Assembly: GCA_003707115.1 (NCBI GenBank)
Contig: PPNB01000001.1
Coordinates: forward strand, 434,001-498,000
From: Tortispora ganteri
Lineage: Eukaryota
Length of the DNA stretch: 64,000 nucleotides
Direction of reading: 5' to 3'
The notes beneath the pieces are model-generated. The model did not search any database. It was not told the origin of the DNA and saw only the letters and a list, made by a program, of their open reading frames with translations. A program made the translations under genes and the position numbers. This document shows, in pieces, positions 1 to 11,577 of the stretch. Numbering within the stretch: the first letter of the stretch is position 1; every line of letters begins with the position of its first letter.

Positions 1-462
1 ATCGACCAATTTAGCTCCGTACATGTTATCACGTATAGTCACTACTGCTCTGTGAGAATCAATGAACTTGATGGAAACGTATTTCGTCCAATCGCTTTGT
101 GGATCGTTGTCTAGCTTGTCTCGAAGCCAATCGAGATCCTCGCCAGGCAGCATGCGGAACACAATCGCTTCTTCCATCGCAGGGTCGTCTTCGCGGTCAG
201 GTGCCTTGGCATCATATCCCTGAATCGGTTCCTTCGACTTCAATCTAATGCGCGGCATGCCGTTACTGTCTGTCCCGCCATTCGCTGAAGCCTTCAACTT
301 CAGTTTGGGTACCTTCACGGCAGGGGACGCATCCCCATTGTTGTCACCGTCATTTGGTCTCTTAGCACCTAAAGATAGTTTAATTTTGGGCATAGACGGA
401 GTTCCAGGCCGTGACCCTTCGCCGTCCGGTTCTTTTTTGCCATCGAGCTTGATTCGGATCAT
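1..462 (-). CDS. TAF7: TFIID subunit TAF7, 5' part (runs off window start)
   Basis: Manual minus-strand translation from ATG at 462: MIRIKLDGKKE...GYDAKAPDREDDPAMEEAIVFRMLPGEDLDWLR...KFIDSHRAVVTIRDNMYGAKLVD, matching the fungal TAFII55 N-terminal domain; open to the edge. Confidence 0.85.
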   Translation of the reverse strand, partial: MIRIKLDGKKEPDGEGSRPGTPSMPKIKLSLGAKRPNDGDNNGDASPAVKVPKLKLKASANGGTDSNGMPRIRLKSKEPIQGYDAKAPDREDDPAMEEAIVFRMLPGEDLDWLRDKLDNDPQSDWTKYVSIKFIDSHRAVVTIRDNMYGAKLVD

Positions 463-976
463 GTAGCTGGTGGTTGATGTCTTTGGTGGTGGCAGCTAGA
501 TCGCTGGTGTCGTTCATGGAGTAGGTACATGGTAACTACTTTAGTATGTGGGTTAGGGTTCACTAAATACTCAACCGGTAATATATAAGATACAGTTATC
601 AAAGCATCAAGAGCAATCCGATCACTACATGCTACTTTGCATTAGAGGGGCCATATATACTAGCTACTGCATGTGTATTTGAGGAGAGAATCCGGTACTG
701 CTGCCAGTGCTACTGAGGCAAACACCAAAAGTGACTCCTCCGTCTCTAGATCTGGATCATTACATCTCGCTCAAGCACCTTCGTTCACTTTCCTCTCTTC
801 AATTGGCCTTATCAGCTTGACTTTGGCCGCATACTCATTATAGTGCAATCTGTCTATTTACTACATTATCATAGCAAAGCTCCCTTGCTATAGTGACTCT
901 CGTTATCAGTACGTTAAGTCAAATCTACAATCCATCTCATAATAAAGTCATTCCTGTATTCATAAATCGTGCATAT

Positions 977-3900
977 TCAATGCCTTCCTCGAGGCTTATA
1001 TTTGTCTTCATTATATTTCTGTGTCTCAGGATCTAGCTGGTTAGCCAGACCCATCAGTGTGTTTGAAACTACCTCCGTTGTACCAATCGCCGGCCGAAGA
1101 AGCACAACAGGTGCAGCTCGCGCTAGTGTGTGTACAAATCCGACAGCTGTCCCTTCTTCTGTGGCATCTTCAGGAAGTGATCCAACAACCTCCCCAGTCG
1201 TCCTTAAACTTTCACCAAACCTCTGGTACGCTCTGCTGAGACCTTGAGAGATCGTCCTAGGTTGATCCGCATAAGCACTAACAGCTTCAACCTCTCCATC
1301 AAGATTCACCAAATTGCGTCCTGAACCGCTCACGTCATCACCGGCACTTATTCTATCTCGACTGCTACCTGCGTATTCACCTCCCAAAACTTCCTCTGCG
1401 CTCTCTAACCAATTGTGCGTCCCCACAGCAAGTTTAGCTCCAAACTTCATCAGTTCATTCGCGGAAGTTCTAACAAATTGACGAGCTCCCCGTTCAGCAC
1501 TTCTTAAAAGTCGCCCGTCCTTTTTATATTCCTCTATGGGAACTGTGATCAACTCTTTAAATCCACTACCAAGTCGAACAACTGCTCGGATAGGTGAGAC
1601 ACCAGCTAGAACTGCACCCAACTGAGTTCTCTGGATGTCTGGAAGCCATATACGGTTAAGCGTCCGAATAACCTGCGGAATTCCTTTAATCCCATATAAC
1701 GTAACTGGTCGCAAAAGTATCTCTGCTTCATCTAGTACAAAAAAATTCATAAGCTCTGTCGTATGTCGCGAACGTAGACCAGCATAATCAATTTTCTTGG
1801 GCTTGTAATCTAGCTTAAGAGAGATATCAGAGATTTGTATCTTTTGAAAAAATGGCTCTTCGTTTTGTTCCTCTAGCTCATTCATCCTATCTGGTTGAAA
1901 CTGGAAAAATCGAGCCATAAACTCAAGAGTATCTTGATCAACATGGAGCCGCAATGGTAAAATATTGGCCCTAATCATCAAATCAAATGCACTCAAATCT
2001 AAGTCAGGTTGTACAATACTCAGGTGAAGGTTCATCATTGGCTGTTGAGGATCACGAGGCCCAGCTGAGCGCATATACGTTACCAGCTTCAGCCATGTAG
2101 ATGTAGCAACATTGTCATAAACTTCGAAATCACGAACTCTCAAGTCAAACCTGCAAACAGTCATATCGTTATCCGGCTTCTCATATATGCGTCCATTTAA
2201 ATTAACACCTCTTAATTCTATTTTCACTTTATGAACCCTGGATCGCTTGAGGTTCAACTTTGATTGTTTCATTAAGGGCAAATTCGTAGCATCCCTTTGG
2301 ACTCCACTATTGGCGCTGGTGCCAACACTTTGACTCGAGAGCCGACTGACGTTATCATAATTGTATCCAGTTATATCCCTTGTCAGTTTTCTATTAATCT
2401 CGCTTGCGTCATGACCCGCGGGAAAACTTATATATATAGAGTTGAATAGTGGCTGTCCTTCAACGACAGAATCATTATCATCTGCCCCAGAATCAGTAGT
2501 CGAGCCGATATCACTATTGCTGTGTTGCTTATACTCTCTTAATCTTCGTCTTTGTATTTTTCGCATATGCGCTTCTCTCACAGCCTTTTCAATAGACCTT
2601 CGAGTGGCTTTCCAGTCATAACCATCGTGAAGGCTCCAGACAAGATTTATATCGTGAATATTGACGCGAATCACATCGTTCACGTGACTATCCGATACTG
2701 AAGCATTTTGGCTGTCTGAGCCAATACCTGCAAAATGAGTTTCGTTGAACTGAGGTTCACCTTCAAAATATACTGAATGAGTAGAATCAGAGACATGTTC
2801 AGGGGCAAAACTAACCCGGCGTTTCGAACCCTTTAAATCTTTCATATATTGATTCTCATTTCTCATAGACACGGACCCTTTGCCTTGAGAAATTACTTCC
2901 GAAAAATCAACATCTAATAATGTATCTGGTTGTTGAGAAGAATTCATCGAGGTAGTAGCTTGCGTTGAGTCGCGAGAATACCCATAATAGTTTTCAATAA
3001 CCTCGTCCTCTATTCGAACAGGTTGCAAATTTGTAGACAGCTGAATGTCTGTCACTTCTTTCTCTAATGCAGAATCAGGAAAAAAGCAATCTGCTACCTC
3101 AGCAAAAGTGTCCACTTCATGACCTGAAGTTCTATACCTTTGCGGATTGTATAGGACTGGAGGCCGCAGAGCTTGCACCAACTCCAATAACGTTGCAGTT
3201 GAATCTGCACATGACTCTATAAATATAAGCTCATTTCCTATATCCACATCTAGTAATGGAGGATGTGAGTTCAGGAATAATTTAGCTGTAGCTGCAACGT
3301 CCGTAAATGAGGCAATAGACACAAACCCACCCTGAAGATAATAAAGGAATAAAGATCTTGCATCAGATATGTCCGTAGAGCACGCTACCTTTGAAACAAA
3401 AAAACTCACATCGTCGATCAAGAGCAACCGAGCCTTCTGCATATGTATTCTGTTACGGATTTCTGATTGAAATTGAGAAGAAACAACAGAACATTCGTTC
3501 AGAAATATCAAAGCTTTAGAATGAGTGCCAAAAGGATTTAGCCCAATTATGCAGTCGTTTAACCAAATTTTCACAGATATCGGAGACTTAACAGGCTCCA
3601 GCGCTGGAATTGAACTAGAAGCGACACGATTCGGTGTTTTCATATGCTTCTGTTCTGATGACATATCCGAAAACAAGGATAGAATATCAGCATAGTACTC
3701 TACCACAGTGTTAGATATAGTCACAGTGCATGTTCCATTGTCCAAAAAATTGACAGAAAGGCTAGGTGATGTAGATGTTAGCAGTGGAGTGGGATATAAC
3801 AGTGTCTTCTCTCCAAACTGATCTAGCTCAACACTATCACTAGATCTAGATATGCATTTGATAGAAATTCCAAATGAAAATTTCATATCACTGTTATGTG

Positions 3901-5980
3901 GTAGAACAAAACAGAGTTGTGAGCCTTCAATTATCAAAGAAGATAAGATTGGAATACCAGCTGTGAAGTGAATATAATCGATTTCTACCAACAACTTGCA
4001 AATCAGTTCTTCGTGAGATGCGCTCATAGCGGGATCCATTGGTGCAAACCTTATATTCTGAGTAGCTGGAGCTGATACTGAAGGTAGTTTAGGATAAATA
4101 CTCTCCAATAAATCACCAATCAGTCGTTGAAGCCTTGTAATTGATTCTTGTGCCGCATTGCCAACACAAGATTCAAAATGTAAGCCTGTATTGGCTCTGA
4201 CTGCCTTTGAATATGTTAATCCAGCAGACAATGCAGAATGTAAACCTGATGCAAACTGACACACTCCCTTCGTTAATTCCACTTGGCAGTCAGCGTAGTT
4301 TAGTTTTATTTTCGGTATGAGTATCTCTCCATTCTTATAGCATGTCCGAGGAAGCAAATGCAAATTAATCTTTTCTGAATTAAGCAAAACCAAGTTAAGC
4401 AAGATCTCTTGTTCCAATTCGAGAACGAATTTTGGTAATCTTGGCAGATTAGTAGTATTTTCTTTTGAAGAAATAGAGGAACTGGACGAATCGATGACTA
4501 GTTCCGAAATGGTATCAGAAAAAATAGAGAATATCTCTAAAAATAGGTCAATTAACTCCAGATCGATTATAACGCTGATGCTAAATGGGATTCGTATGCA
4601 ACAACAATCTTTGTCAGAGAAGATCACAATATCAGGAGAACTATTGGTATAACGTTTGAGATTCAAGATTTCTCTCTCTGACGAAGCGACTGAAATTCTA
4701 TTAATATCACCATTGATTGAAGTCATTCCATTTTCATCTATTAGGCTGTCAATGCGTATATCAGATAGGGAAACCTCAAACCACTGAGTGTCAGGATGAT
4801 TTAACCCTAAAGAGACTTTAAATAACTCTGCCGCGACCTTGTATGTTCTTGTTTGTGTACTTTTCTGTTCTTCTGAAATGATATCAGTTTCAGGCTCCAC
4901 TTTTTCGGATGGTTGCAATGTTTGAAACTTATTAAAGAGCAAAAGAATAGATAACAATAGCGGCCGACTTTCTGGAGGGCAACTGAGTACGATTTTGCCT
5001 AAGGTCAGGTCACAATAGCTGAAATGTTTGTCAAAAATGATAGCCATGCGTGAAACATCTAGGATTTGAAGACCTGATGGGGTACTGCAAGCAGGGGTTT
5101 CAGCAGCTGTGTGCAAATGAGGATCTAGTCTGCTTGCAGAAGGTAAATCCTGAAATGCACTTTGATATAGAGAACTGGCTTCTGCCTTAGAGAAAATAGT
5201 AGAAGTGAGCAAACTTTTATCTAGATATGTATCGTCTGAGGAGTTAGTTCCGGAATCAGAGTGTTCGTCGGATTCTGATCTTTGAGTAATGTCATCTAGG
5301 CGCAGACCAGACAGCTCCAGATGATAGCCATCCTTGACAGTAGAGTCAGTTTTAAATAATAAGGACGTTAGTTGGAAATATAGATTATCATCATCTATAA
5401 GGATGTTTCCAGAGACATCAAATACGGATAATTTCAGTTGACGTAGCAGCGTCTCAATAATGGAAGAGAACATAGGAGTGAGCGAGATGCCGGTGTTATT
5501 ATCATTATTTGTATCGTTATCAGTATCTGGGGCATTCCTGAATGCACCGGGGATATGGATGGTATCAGAGTCTAGCTGAGAAATTGCCTGTATAATTTCA
5601 GTATTATTGTCAAGTATCAGACTGGTGGCAAGATACTCGCTTGCGTCATTGATGACCTCGTCGACATTGTGGGGTACTGATGACTCCGCATATGAAGGCG
5701 AGAGGCTTAGTGTGACGCCTTTTAAGATGATATGTATTGGTTTAACAAATATATTAGACGGTATATCAACGTGAATAGAAGCGACATTACCTGACCTGAC
5801 ATTAAAGCCTGGTATTCTAATACGATCTAGGTTCAGAGTTGACTGTTCTATGTCAATAGAGGAAGACGATCCTAATTGCAGATCTGCAGATACTAGAGCC
5901 AGTTCATCAAACAAGCCTATTTGTCTCAATATATATTTTATCAGTCGTATTTGTACATTATTAGGCAACCATGAACTCAT
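977..5980 (-). CDS. ATG2: Autophagy lipid-transfer protein Atg2
   Basis: 1667 aa; chorein-like N-terminus, ESCADS, LHDGYDW, LPLRLHVDQDTL and LDYKPKKID motifs, ATG_C-like end. Confidence 0.93.
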   Translation of the reverse strand: MSSWLPNNVQIRLIKYILRQIGLFDELALVSADLQLGSSSSIDIEQSTLNLDRIRIPGFNVRSGNVASIHVDIPSNIFVKPIHIILKGVTLSLSPSYAESSVPHNVDEVINDASEYLATSLILDNNTEIIQAISQLDSDTIHIPGAFRNAPDTDNDTNNDNNTGISLTPMFSSIIETLLRQLKLSVFDVSGNILIDDDNLYFQLTSLLFKTDSTVKDGYHLELSGLRLDDITQRSESDEHSDSGTNSSDDTYLDKSLLTSTIFSKAEASSLYQSAFQDLPSASRLDPHLHTAAETPACSTPSGLQILDVSRMAIIFDKHFSYCDLTLGKIVLSCPPESRPLLLSILLLFNKFQTLQPSEKVEPETDIISEEQKSTQTRTYKVAAELFKVSLGLNHPDTQWFEVSLSDIRIDSLIDENGMTSINGDINRISVASSEREILNLKRYTNSSPDIVIFSDKDCCCIRIPFSISVIIDLELIDLFLEIFSIFSDTISELVIDSSSSSISSKENTTNLPRLPKFVLELEQEILLNLVLLNSEKINLHLLPRTCYKNGEILIPKIKLNYADCQVELTKGVCQFASGLHSALSAGLTYSKAVRANTGLHFESCVGNAAQESITRLQRLIGDLLESIYPKLPSVSAPATQNIRFAPMDPAMSASHEELICKLLVEIDYIHFTAGIPILSSLIIEGSQLCFVLPHNSDMKFSFGISIKCISRSSDSVELDQFGEKTLLYPTPLLTSTSPSLSVNFLDNGTCTVTISNTVVEYYADILSLFSDMSSEQKHMKTPNRVASSSIPALEPVKSPISVKIWLNDCIIGLNPFGTHSKALIFLNECSVVSSQFQSEIRNRIHMQKARLLLIDDVSFFVSKVACSTDISDARSLFLYYLQGGFVSIASFTDVAATAKLFLNSHPPLLDVDIGNELIFIESCADSTATLLELVQALRPPVLYNPQRYRTSGHEVDTFAEVADCFFPDSALEKEVTDIQLSTNLQPVRIEDEVIENYYGYSRDSTQATTSMNSSQQPDTLLDVDFSEVISQGKGSVSMRNENQYMKDLKGSKRRVSFAPEHVSDSTHSVYFEGEPQFNETHFAGIGSDSQNASVSDSHVNDVIRVNIHDINLVWSLHDGYDWKATRRSIEKAVREAHMRKIQRRRLREYKQHSNSDIGSTTDSGADDNDSVVEGQPLFNSIYISFPAGHDASEINRKLTRDITGYNYDNVSRLSSQSVGTSANSGVQRDATNLPLMKQSKLNLKRSRVHKVKIELRGVNLNGRIYEKPDNDMTVCRFDLRVRDFEVYDNVATSTWLKLVTYMRSAGPRDPQQPMMNLHLSIVQPDLDLSAFDLMIRANILPLRLHVDQDTLEFMARFFQFQPDRMNELEEQNEEPFFQKIQISDISLKLDYKPKKIDYAGLRSRHTTELMNFFVLDEAEILLRPVTLYGIKGIPQVIRTLNRIWLPDIQRTQLGAVLAGVSPIRAVVRLGSGFKELITVPIEEYKKDGRLLRSAERGARQFVRTSANELMKFGAKLAVGTHNWLESAEEVLGGEYAGSSRDRISAGDDVSGSGRNLVNLDGEVEAVSAYADQPRTISQGLSRAYQRFGESLRTTGEVVGSLPEDATEEGTAVGFVHTLARAAPVVLLRPAIGTTEVVSNTLMGLANQLDPETQKYNEDKYKPRGRH

Positions 5981-6574
5981 TTTAGAAAAAATTTAAGTTG
6001 TGTTTCAATCCGATCAACGTGTCTGAGAGTCTTGCTGACCTCTTTAAGAGTGGCAGGAGTGTGACGGATATCTCGTAGTAGACCAGTTGGGATGTATAAT
6101 CAATTTAAAGTTTCTCAGTAACCAATTATTGCACACTATCCTTGCACATACACAGACTCGCGCAATATTACCACATCCGGTTCTCCATTACTGATTTATG
6201 TTACCGCTCTCTGCATCAAACCTGTCAACATCCAATCGGCCGAATTGTTGTACAATTATTTAATTCCGCCAGAATATCGTGATATATTGGAGTTTACACT
6301 AGTTTTTACTAGTTACCTATCTGGGAGACAATTATCATTTAAGCTTTTCTCCTGCATGCACCAGAACTAGCATTGTGCTTTCTACGTCGACCGCACATTT
6401 TGCTTCGCTTCGCTCGATCGATTTGGATGACATTGCTGGCTCTTCTTTTTCTTTTTGGCGCCTGATTTTGCATATTTCTTACACTTTTTTTATTGCTGAT
6501 TTTCCATCTTTTCTCACTACTCGCCACCGTATAAGCAAAAACAATTACAAGAGTCTCCCACAACAACTGCTAAA

Positions 6575-8350
6575 ATGCACAAGCACGCCAGCGGTCATTC
6601 TCATACGCCGTCAACATCTTTCACACCGTCTGCACTTTCTGCACCCTCTACGCAGCTTTTAGACACATCACCGCTTCTTGAAAATCACCCACCAGAATGG
6701 CACGCTACCATGCAGGTGCGCCTAATACAGGTGTGCCTCTGTCTCAACGTCTTGTTACTCGGTTTTGAACGTACGTCTTCTGCTGCTAGCGCTCCTTCGA
6801 TCGGATCAGACTTTCACGGCTCAAACAAAGTTCAATGGGTTGTCAACGGCTACACTATTATGTCTACTGCTGTCCAGCCCTACTATGGCAGACTCTCGGA
6901 CGTCTACGGACGACGTCAGGCCTTCTTTATTAGCACTGTCCTCTTCTCAATGGGTCAAGTATTCAGCTTCCTCTGTCCGTCCGGCCACAGACACAACCTC
7001 AAGTACCTAGTCTTGTCGCGAATGGTCGCTGGAATAGGCGGTGCTGGGCAGATGTCTATGGCTACTATTATCCTTAACGACATAGTACCCCTCCGTCTAA
7101 GAGGCCTTTACCAAGTCTCTATCACCCTAGCCAACGGGATCGGCGGCATAATCGGCGGAGGTCTAGGTGGCTATCTTGCTCAGAACTGGACATGGCGTTT
7201 CGTGTATCTGTTCCAGGTTCCTGTTGCAATTTTGGCTCTTATACTTGGCTATTGCTTTATTCCCTCTAACACTGACCTCTCTCTTATGCGATCACAAAAC
7301 TACCCTCGCGATGACCGTCCAAAACCAATATTACCTGCCTTTGACTATATAGGCAGCTCATGTTTATTTACCTCATTAGTCTGTCTACTTCTCGGTATAT
7401 CTCTGGGTGGTTCTACACTTCATTGGACAAGCACCTCCAACATCATCTTCTTCTCCGTCTCATATCTGTCCTTTGTCGGATTCCTCTACATTGAGGACCA
7501 ATACGAGATTGCAGAAACAAAATTTCACCGCGCCGCTCCAGTCGGTATACATCCATTGTGGCTTGTTAAATCCGTAAAATCGGCTGCTGTCCTATTCACT
7601 AATTTTTTCTCCGGCTTTGCCGTTTACACCTGTCTATACCTCACGCCCTTGTTCTTTCAGGCAGTTCTATGGGAATCTGTTCAGCTCGCAGGATGGAGGC
7701 TCGTCATTCCTTCGGCTTCAACTATCTTATCTTCTACGCTCACAGGTTTTCTCATGCACAGATTCGGCCTCCTGGCCACCCTGGTAAAATTCGGCGCTTT
7801 CCTTATTGGCCTAGGCACTGTACTCATGTTGCTTCTCTGCGACAAAGTGATAAACTTACCCATCAATGAAGGTTATGGCATTTCACACTCGTTTAGCTAT
7901 CTATCTTACCTCCTGCCGAACCACCTGGGCATCGGTATCATCTTTCCGTCGTCTTTATTCACAATGCTAGCTGCGTGGCCACAGGACCAGCAAGCTGTGG
8001 TCACATGCGCCGTCTACCTCTGGAGAGCATGTGGATCTATTATTGGTATCACTCTTAGCGCTTCCATTATTGACTCGTACATACTGACGCACCTACCTCA
8101 GGCACTCGCCGATAATGGCTTTTCAGCGCCTGACAGGAAAGTACTTGTTGATATAGCCCGTCATGACCTCGAACATATACGGAAACTTGAGCACCCTGTA
8201 CGAAAAATTATCAGTGAAATATACCGTGACGGGCTTGCGAGATGTTTCACAATCTGTACTATTTTTGCGTGTCTTGGTCTGTTCTCATCTCTCTTTACGC
8301 GCGGCGACCGACTGATGCGCCAAGCCGCTGCAACAGCTAGACGGCGTTGA
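6575..8350 (+). CDS. MFS transporter, 14-TM DHA2/VBA-like
   Basis: 591 aa hydrophobic; QPYYGRLSDVYGRR motif A, DIVPLRLRG, WRFVY. Confidence 0.85.
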   Translation: MHKHASGHSHTPSTSFTPSALSAPSTQLLDTSPLLENHPPEWHATMQVRLIQVCLCLNVLLLGFERTSSAASAPSIGSDFHGSNKVQWVVNGYTIMSTAVQPYYGRLSDVYGRRQAFFISTVLFSMGQVFSFLCPSGHRHNLKYLVLSRMVAGIGGAGQMSMATIILNDIVPLRLRGLYQVSITLANGIGGIIGGGLGGYLAQNWTWRFVYLFQVPVAILALILGYCFIPSNTDLSLMRSQNYPRDDRPKPILPAFDYIGSSCLFTSLVCLLLGISLGGSTLHWTSTSNIIFFSVSYLSFVGFLYIEDQYEIAETKFHRAAPVGIHPLWLVKSVKSAAVLFTNFFSGFAVYTCLYLTPLFFQAVLWESVQLAGWRLVIPSASTILSSTLTGFLMHRFGLLATLVKFGAFLIGLGTVLMLLLCDKVINLPINEGYGISHSFSYLSYLLPNHLGIGIIFPSSLFTMLAAWPQDQQAVVTCAVYLWRACGSIIGITLSASIIDSYILTHLPQALADNGFSAPDRKVLVDIARHDLEHIRKLEHPVRKIISEIYRDGLARCFTICTIFACLGLFSSLFTRGDRLMRQAAATARRR

Positions 8351-8406
8351 ATATTCTGAAATATACCCAAGGTCTTATTACATATCTAATTAGTACTTAA
8401 ATTAAT

Positions 8407-11400
8407 CTATTGAAGCAATCTGGCGCGTGTGGCAGTCATAAAGTCGAAGAAAGCGAATTGGCCAGGTTCGATGCCCTTCTCGTAGACAAAAGATGCAGCA
8501 AGATGAGAGCCGAAAATAGCCATCATGTAAGATTCGGGAACGCGTTCTAAGATCTTCTGGAGTCCAACTTCATTAAGGAGTAGTTTAGGCAATGCTTCAG
8601 CTAATACTGCATTTCTGAACTGCGTGTCCTGCCACAAATTGCTTTGCTGTAGTTCCTCGTTCAAGTTGTTGATGGCATAGCTGAGTTTGTCGCTAAGAAC
8701 AGACCTGGGGATTCCAGTGCGCTGATGCTCGTTCCACAGGCACTCGAACTCCATGCGAGCATTGTTCACTACTATCCTTTGTACATCCTTGACGTATTCC
8801 TTGTAGAATTCAGGAGTATCACCCTCAGCAGAGACGCACATGTCCTTGAGGAACTCCTCGTCACTCAAGGCAAGAGAAGCTAATACTTCTAGTGAGCTGG
8901 AAGTGACACCGCCTTTGTTGGTGCTAGCATCCTTAAAGAGCACGACGCCTGCTCTCTCAAGACGGACCTTTGCCTGCTGAGTAATGAAAAGGTTAGCTCC
9001 TTCGACGATCCATTTAACTTTAGGCACATCATTCTCATCAAACAGTTCCTGTACATTGTTGATATCAATAGCCTCGGGGCGTCCGCCACAAGGTACGAAC
9101 AAATCAACATTTCCGCGCAAATGAAATAGGTTGCGAAATCTTGTTCCATCAGGTACTAGCTCGCCAGTAGGCAACGTGACATTCTTATCATCGACAAGAA
9201 CTCTATAGCCGTCCTTGCTAAGTTTGGACACGTCAAAGTCTGAGATCATCTTACGGGATGTTGCAAGACGTATCAGCTCAGTACGGTCCAGTCCGTTGGG
9301 GTCATGCAAGACACCTGATCCATCCACAATAGAGCAGTACTTCTCCTCAGAAAGCAAGATTTCATTAGAGCCAAGATCGCCGTCAGGGCCACCGGTCTGC
9401 ATCTTCGTGACAGTCTTCTGATCGACGTTCAGTTTTCGGTATATACCCTCTACGTATGCGCGCACAGAAAGAGACGTCATGCCGTACTTGTCGTGAGGAA
9501 TACCACCAAGGCTGGCATTCTTTCCAGTAAAAAACGATTTCCACCAAGTCGCACCTCTCTCGCGGGCATGTAAAGTAGCCCAGTTGACCAGTTCAGCAGT
9601 ATTCTCGTCGGGACCCATGAAGAGAATCTCAGGTTTCTTGTAGAGGTCCACAATGGGTTCCTTGATACCAGGAGATGATGCAGGGATAAGCAAGTCAATA
9701 ATCGAGTCGATATACTTCTGGAAAGCTATTACGGACTTCTTCTGGCAGTCGGGATGGAGAAGCACAACTCCTTTAGAACCGCCTTCAGGAATATCCTTGT
9801 TCTTGCGCTGCTGTGTGTTGGCCAGATTGTAGTTCTCGTCAAACATTGACCTGTTGTTGATGTTATAAATCTCAGGGTTCCTACTCTTGACAATGCGAAT
9901 ACCTCCACGCGCAATATCACGGAAACGTAAATGGAAACCTGTAAACTCTTGTCCAATAACTAAGAACATGCCGTAAAGAGGGTCGGGATACTCTGATTCT
10001 GGTAAAAAGCTCGGATCAAAGCGGAAGCTGAGTGCAACTTTGGTAGGAGTATAGAAGTTTGTCTTCAGGATATGTTTGTTAAATACAAACAAAGAGTTCA
10101 GTACCAAAGCTACATGCTCATTACTGGAAACAGCGTTCACAATAGCTTTCAGTTCACTGTCTGTCGGCACTCTAGTGGTTTTCAAACGCTGGTAAGACAG
10201 TGTGGGCAATAAAGACTTGGTCTCACCAAAAGATTGAACGTAATGAGTATTGGCAAATTGCAAGTAGAAGCTTCTAATGGCATCCAGATGAGTAGATAAT
10301 ATGTCGATAATATACTCTCTGGTAAAGGTTTCTTGACGGAGACGACGCTTGATCTTGTTCAATACTTCCATGTGAACAGTCTTAGAAGGATCGAGTAGTC
10401 TCGTTAGCGATGCGTACTCTGAACCAAGGCGGTTAACAAAGTGCTGGATGAAGATGGCAGCACAATGTGCATAGACACTTTCTTGAATAGAAAGCTCGCC
10501 CTTAGCAAAACTGTCGTGGAAAACAGAATTTGGCAGACAAAAAAGTAGAGAAGCCTCCTTGATGACTTGGTGAATTGAATCTTCAATAGGCGGGTACGAT
10601 TTCGAAAGTGTCGCGGGCGTCAAGTAAAGAGTAACGATAGTGATGCCGTTGGAAAACTGCTCAACATACTTGCGGGAAGAAGTTAGGCCGTAGTAGTGGT
10701 ACAGGTGTGATAGAGCAGAAAAATAGCCGCTGGCTGTACCCTGGCGGAACGCAATAATGACACGACGCTCAGATGAACCTTGGATTTCAAAATGGTCAAT
10801 AACAGGACCGGTACGGTGAATAGCCTTTTCGATGATATTTTTGTAAAGTGTCTTAGTGTTCTCTGACGCTTTAGCGTAAAACGCCTTATCAGAAATAACA
10901 GAAAGATCACTCTCGGTTTCTTCGGCGTCAGGCTTGAAAAAATCGCACTTGTAGACAAAGTAGCAGCGGAGCTGCTGCTTAGAAGCAGGCTGAGGTTGGC
11001 CATTTGGAGCACCAATAGGCGATATAGTTCCAGGGGAACGGAAAGTCTCTAAACGATATGCTCTATGAGAATTAGAGATATCTAGATACTTAGAGTCGAT
11101 ACGAGGTTCATAAAGCGTACCGTTGAGGTTGTTGACACCGGGAGTTGAAGTATCAATGTAAATAGCATGACGATCATCCTCGCGATCTAAACGAATCTCT
11201 AAGTTTTTATCTCCGCGTGCAAAAGCAGCAACTTTTGCGCCATAAAGAGACATTATCTGACTGGAAATGCTAGATACCGATTCAGTAGCAAAATAGGCGT
11301 CGTCAATACCGAGATTATTGTAAAACCATTTGGTTTCATTTTCAATCAATGTCTCAGGTATGAATCCTTTAGAATCAAGGTCGTCCATGACTGCTTCCAT

Positions 11401-11577
11401 CTGGCTGACTTTACCTGCAAAAGGCTCAGACACATAACCAGGAGTTGAATCATTGAGCACTTTGACCTGAGAGCTTGAAGATCCCATTGAGATATGAGTA
11501 GGTAAAGGTGATGGACTTCTGGTAGAAGCGTCTTCAGCCTGGACCCTTGCAAGAGTGCGAGGCACAAGACCAGTCAT
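8407..11577 (-). CDS. GDH2: NAD-specific glutamate dehydrogenase
   Basis: GFHLRFRDIARGGIR, KNKDIPEGGSKG, GPDENTA, GGPDGDLGSNE motifs; first ATG at 11577 (the track start is TTG). Confidence 0.96.
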   Translation of the reverse strand: MTGLVPRTLARVQAEDASTRSPSPLPTHISMGSSSSQVKVLNDSTPGYVSEPFAGKVSQMEAVMDDLDSKGFIPETLIENETKWFYNNLGIDDAYFATESVSSISSQIMSLYGAKVAAFARGDKNLEIRLDREDDRHAIYIDTSTPGVNNLNGTLYEPRIDSKYLDISNSHRAYRLETFRSPGTISPIGAPNGQPQPASKQQLRCYFVYKCDFFKPDAEETESDLSVISDKAFYAKASENTKTLYKNIIEKAIHRTGPVIDHFEIQGSSERRVIIAFRQGTASGYFSALSHLYHYYGLTSSRKYVEQFSNGITIVTLYLTPATLSKSYPPIEDSIHQVIKEASLLFCLPNSVFHDSFAKGELSIQESVYAHCAAIFIQHFVNRLGSEYASLTRLLDPSKTVHMEVLNKIKRRLRQETFTREYIIDILSTHLDAIRSFYLQFANTHYVQSFGETKSLLPTLSYQRLKTTRVPTDSELKAIVNAVSSNEHVALVLNSLFVFNKHILKTNFYTPTKVALSFRFDPSFLPESEYPDPLYGMFLVIGQEFTGFHLRFRDIARGGIRIVKSRNPEIYNINNRSMFDENYNLANTQQRKNKDIPEGGSKGVVLLHPDCQKKSVIAFQKYIDSIIDLLIPASSPGIKEPIVDLYKKPEILFMGPDENTAELVNWATLHARERGATWWKSFFTGKNASLGGIPHDKYGMTSLSVRAYVEGIYRKLNVDQKTVTKMQTGGPDGDLGSNEILLSEEKYCSIVDGSGVLHDPNGLDRTELIRLATSRKMISDFDVSKLSKDGYRVLVDDKNVTLPTGELVPDGTRFRNLFHLRGNVDLFVPCGGRPEAIDINNVQELFDENDVPKVKWIVEGANLFITQQAKVRLERAGVVLFKDASTNKGGVTSSSLEVLASLALSDEEFLKDMCVSAEGDTPEFYKEYVKDVQRIVVNNARMEFECLWNEHQRTGIPRSVLSDKLSYAINNLNEELQQSNLWQDTQFRNAVLAEALPKLLLNEVGLQKILERVPESYMMAIFGSHLAASFVYEKGIEPGQFAFFDFMTATRARLLQ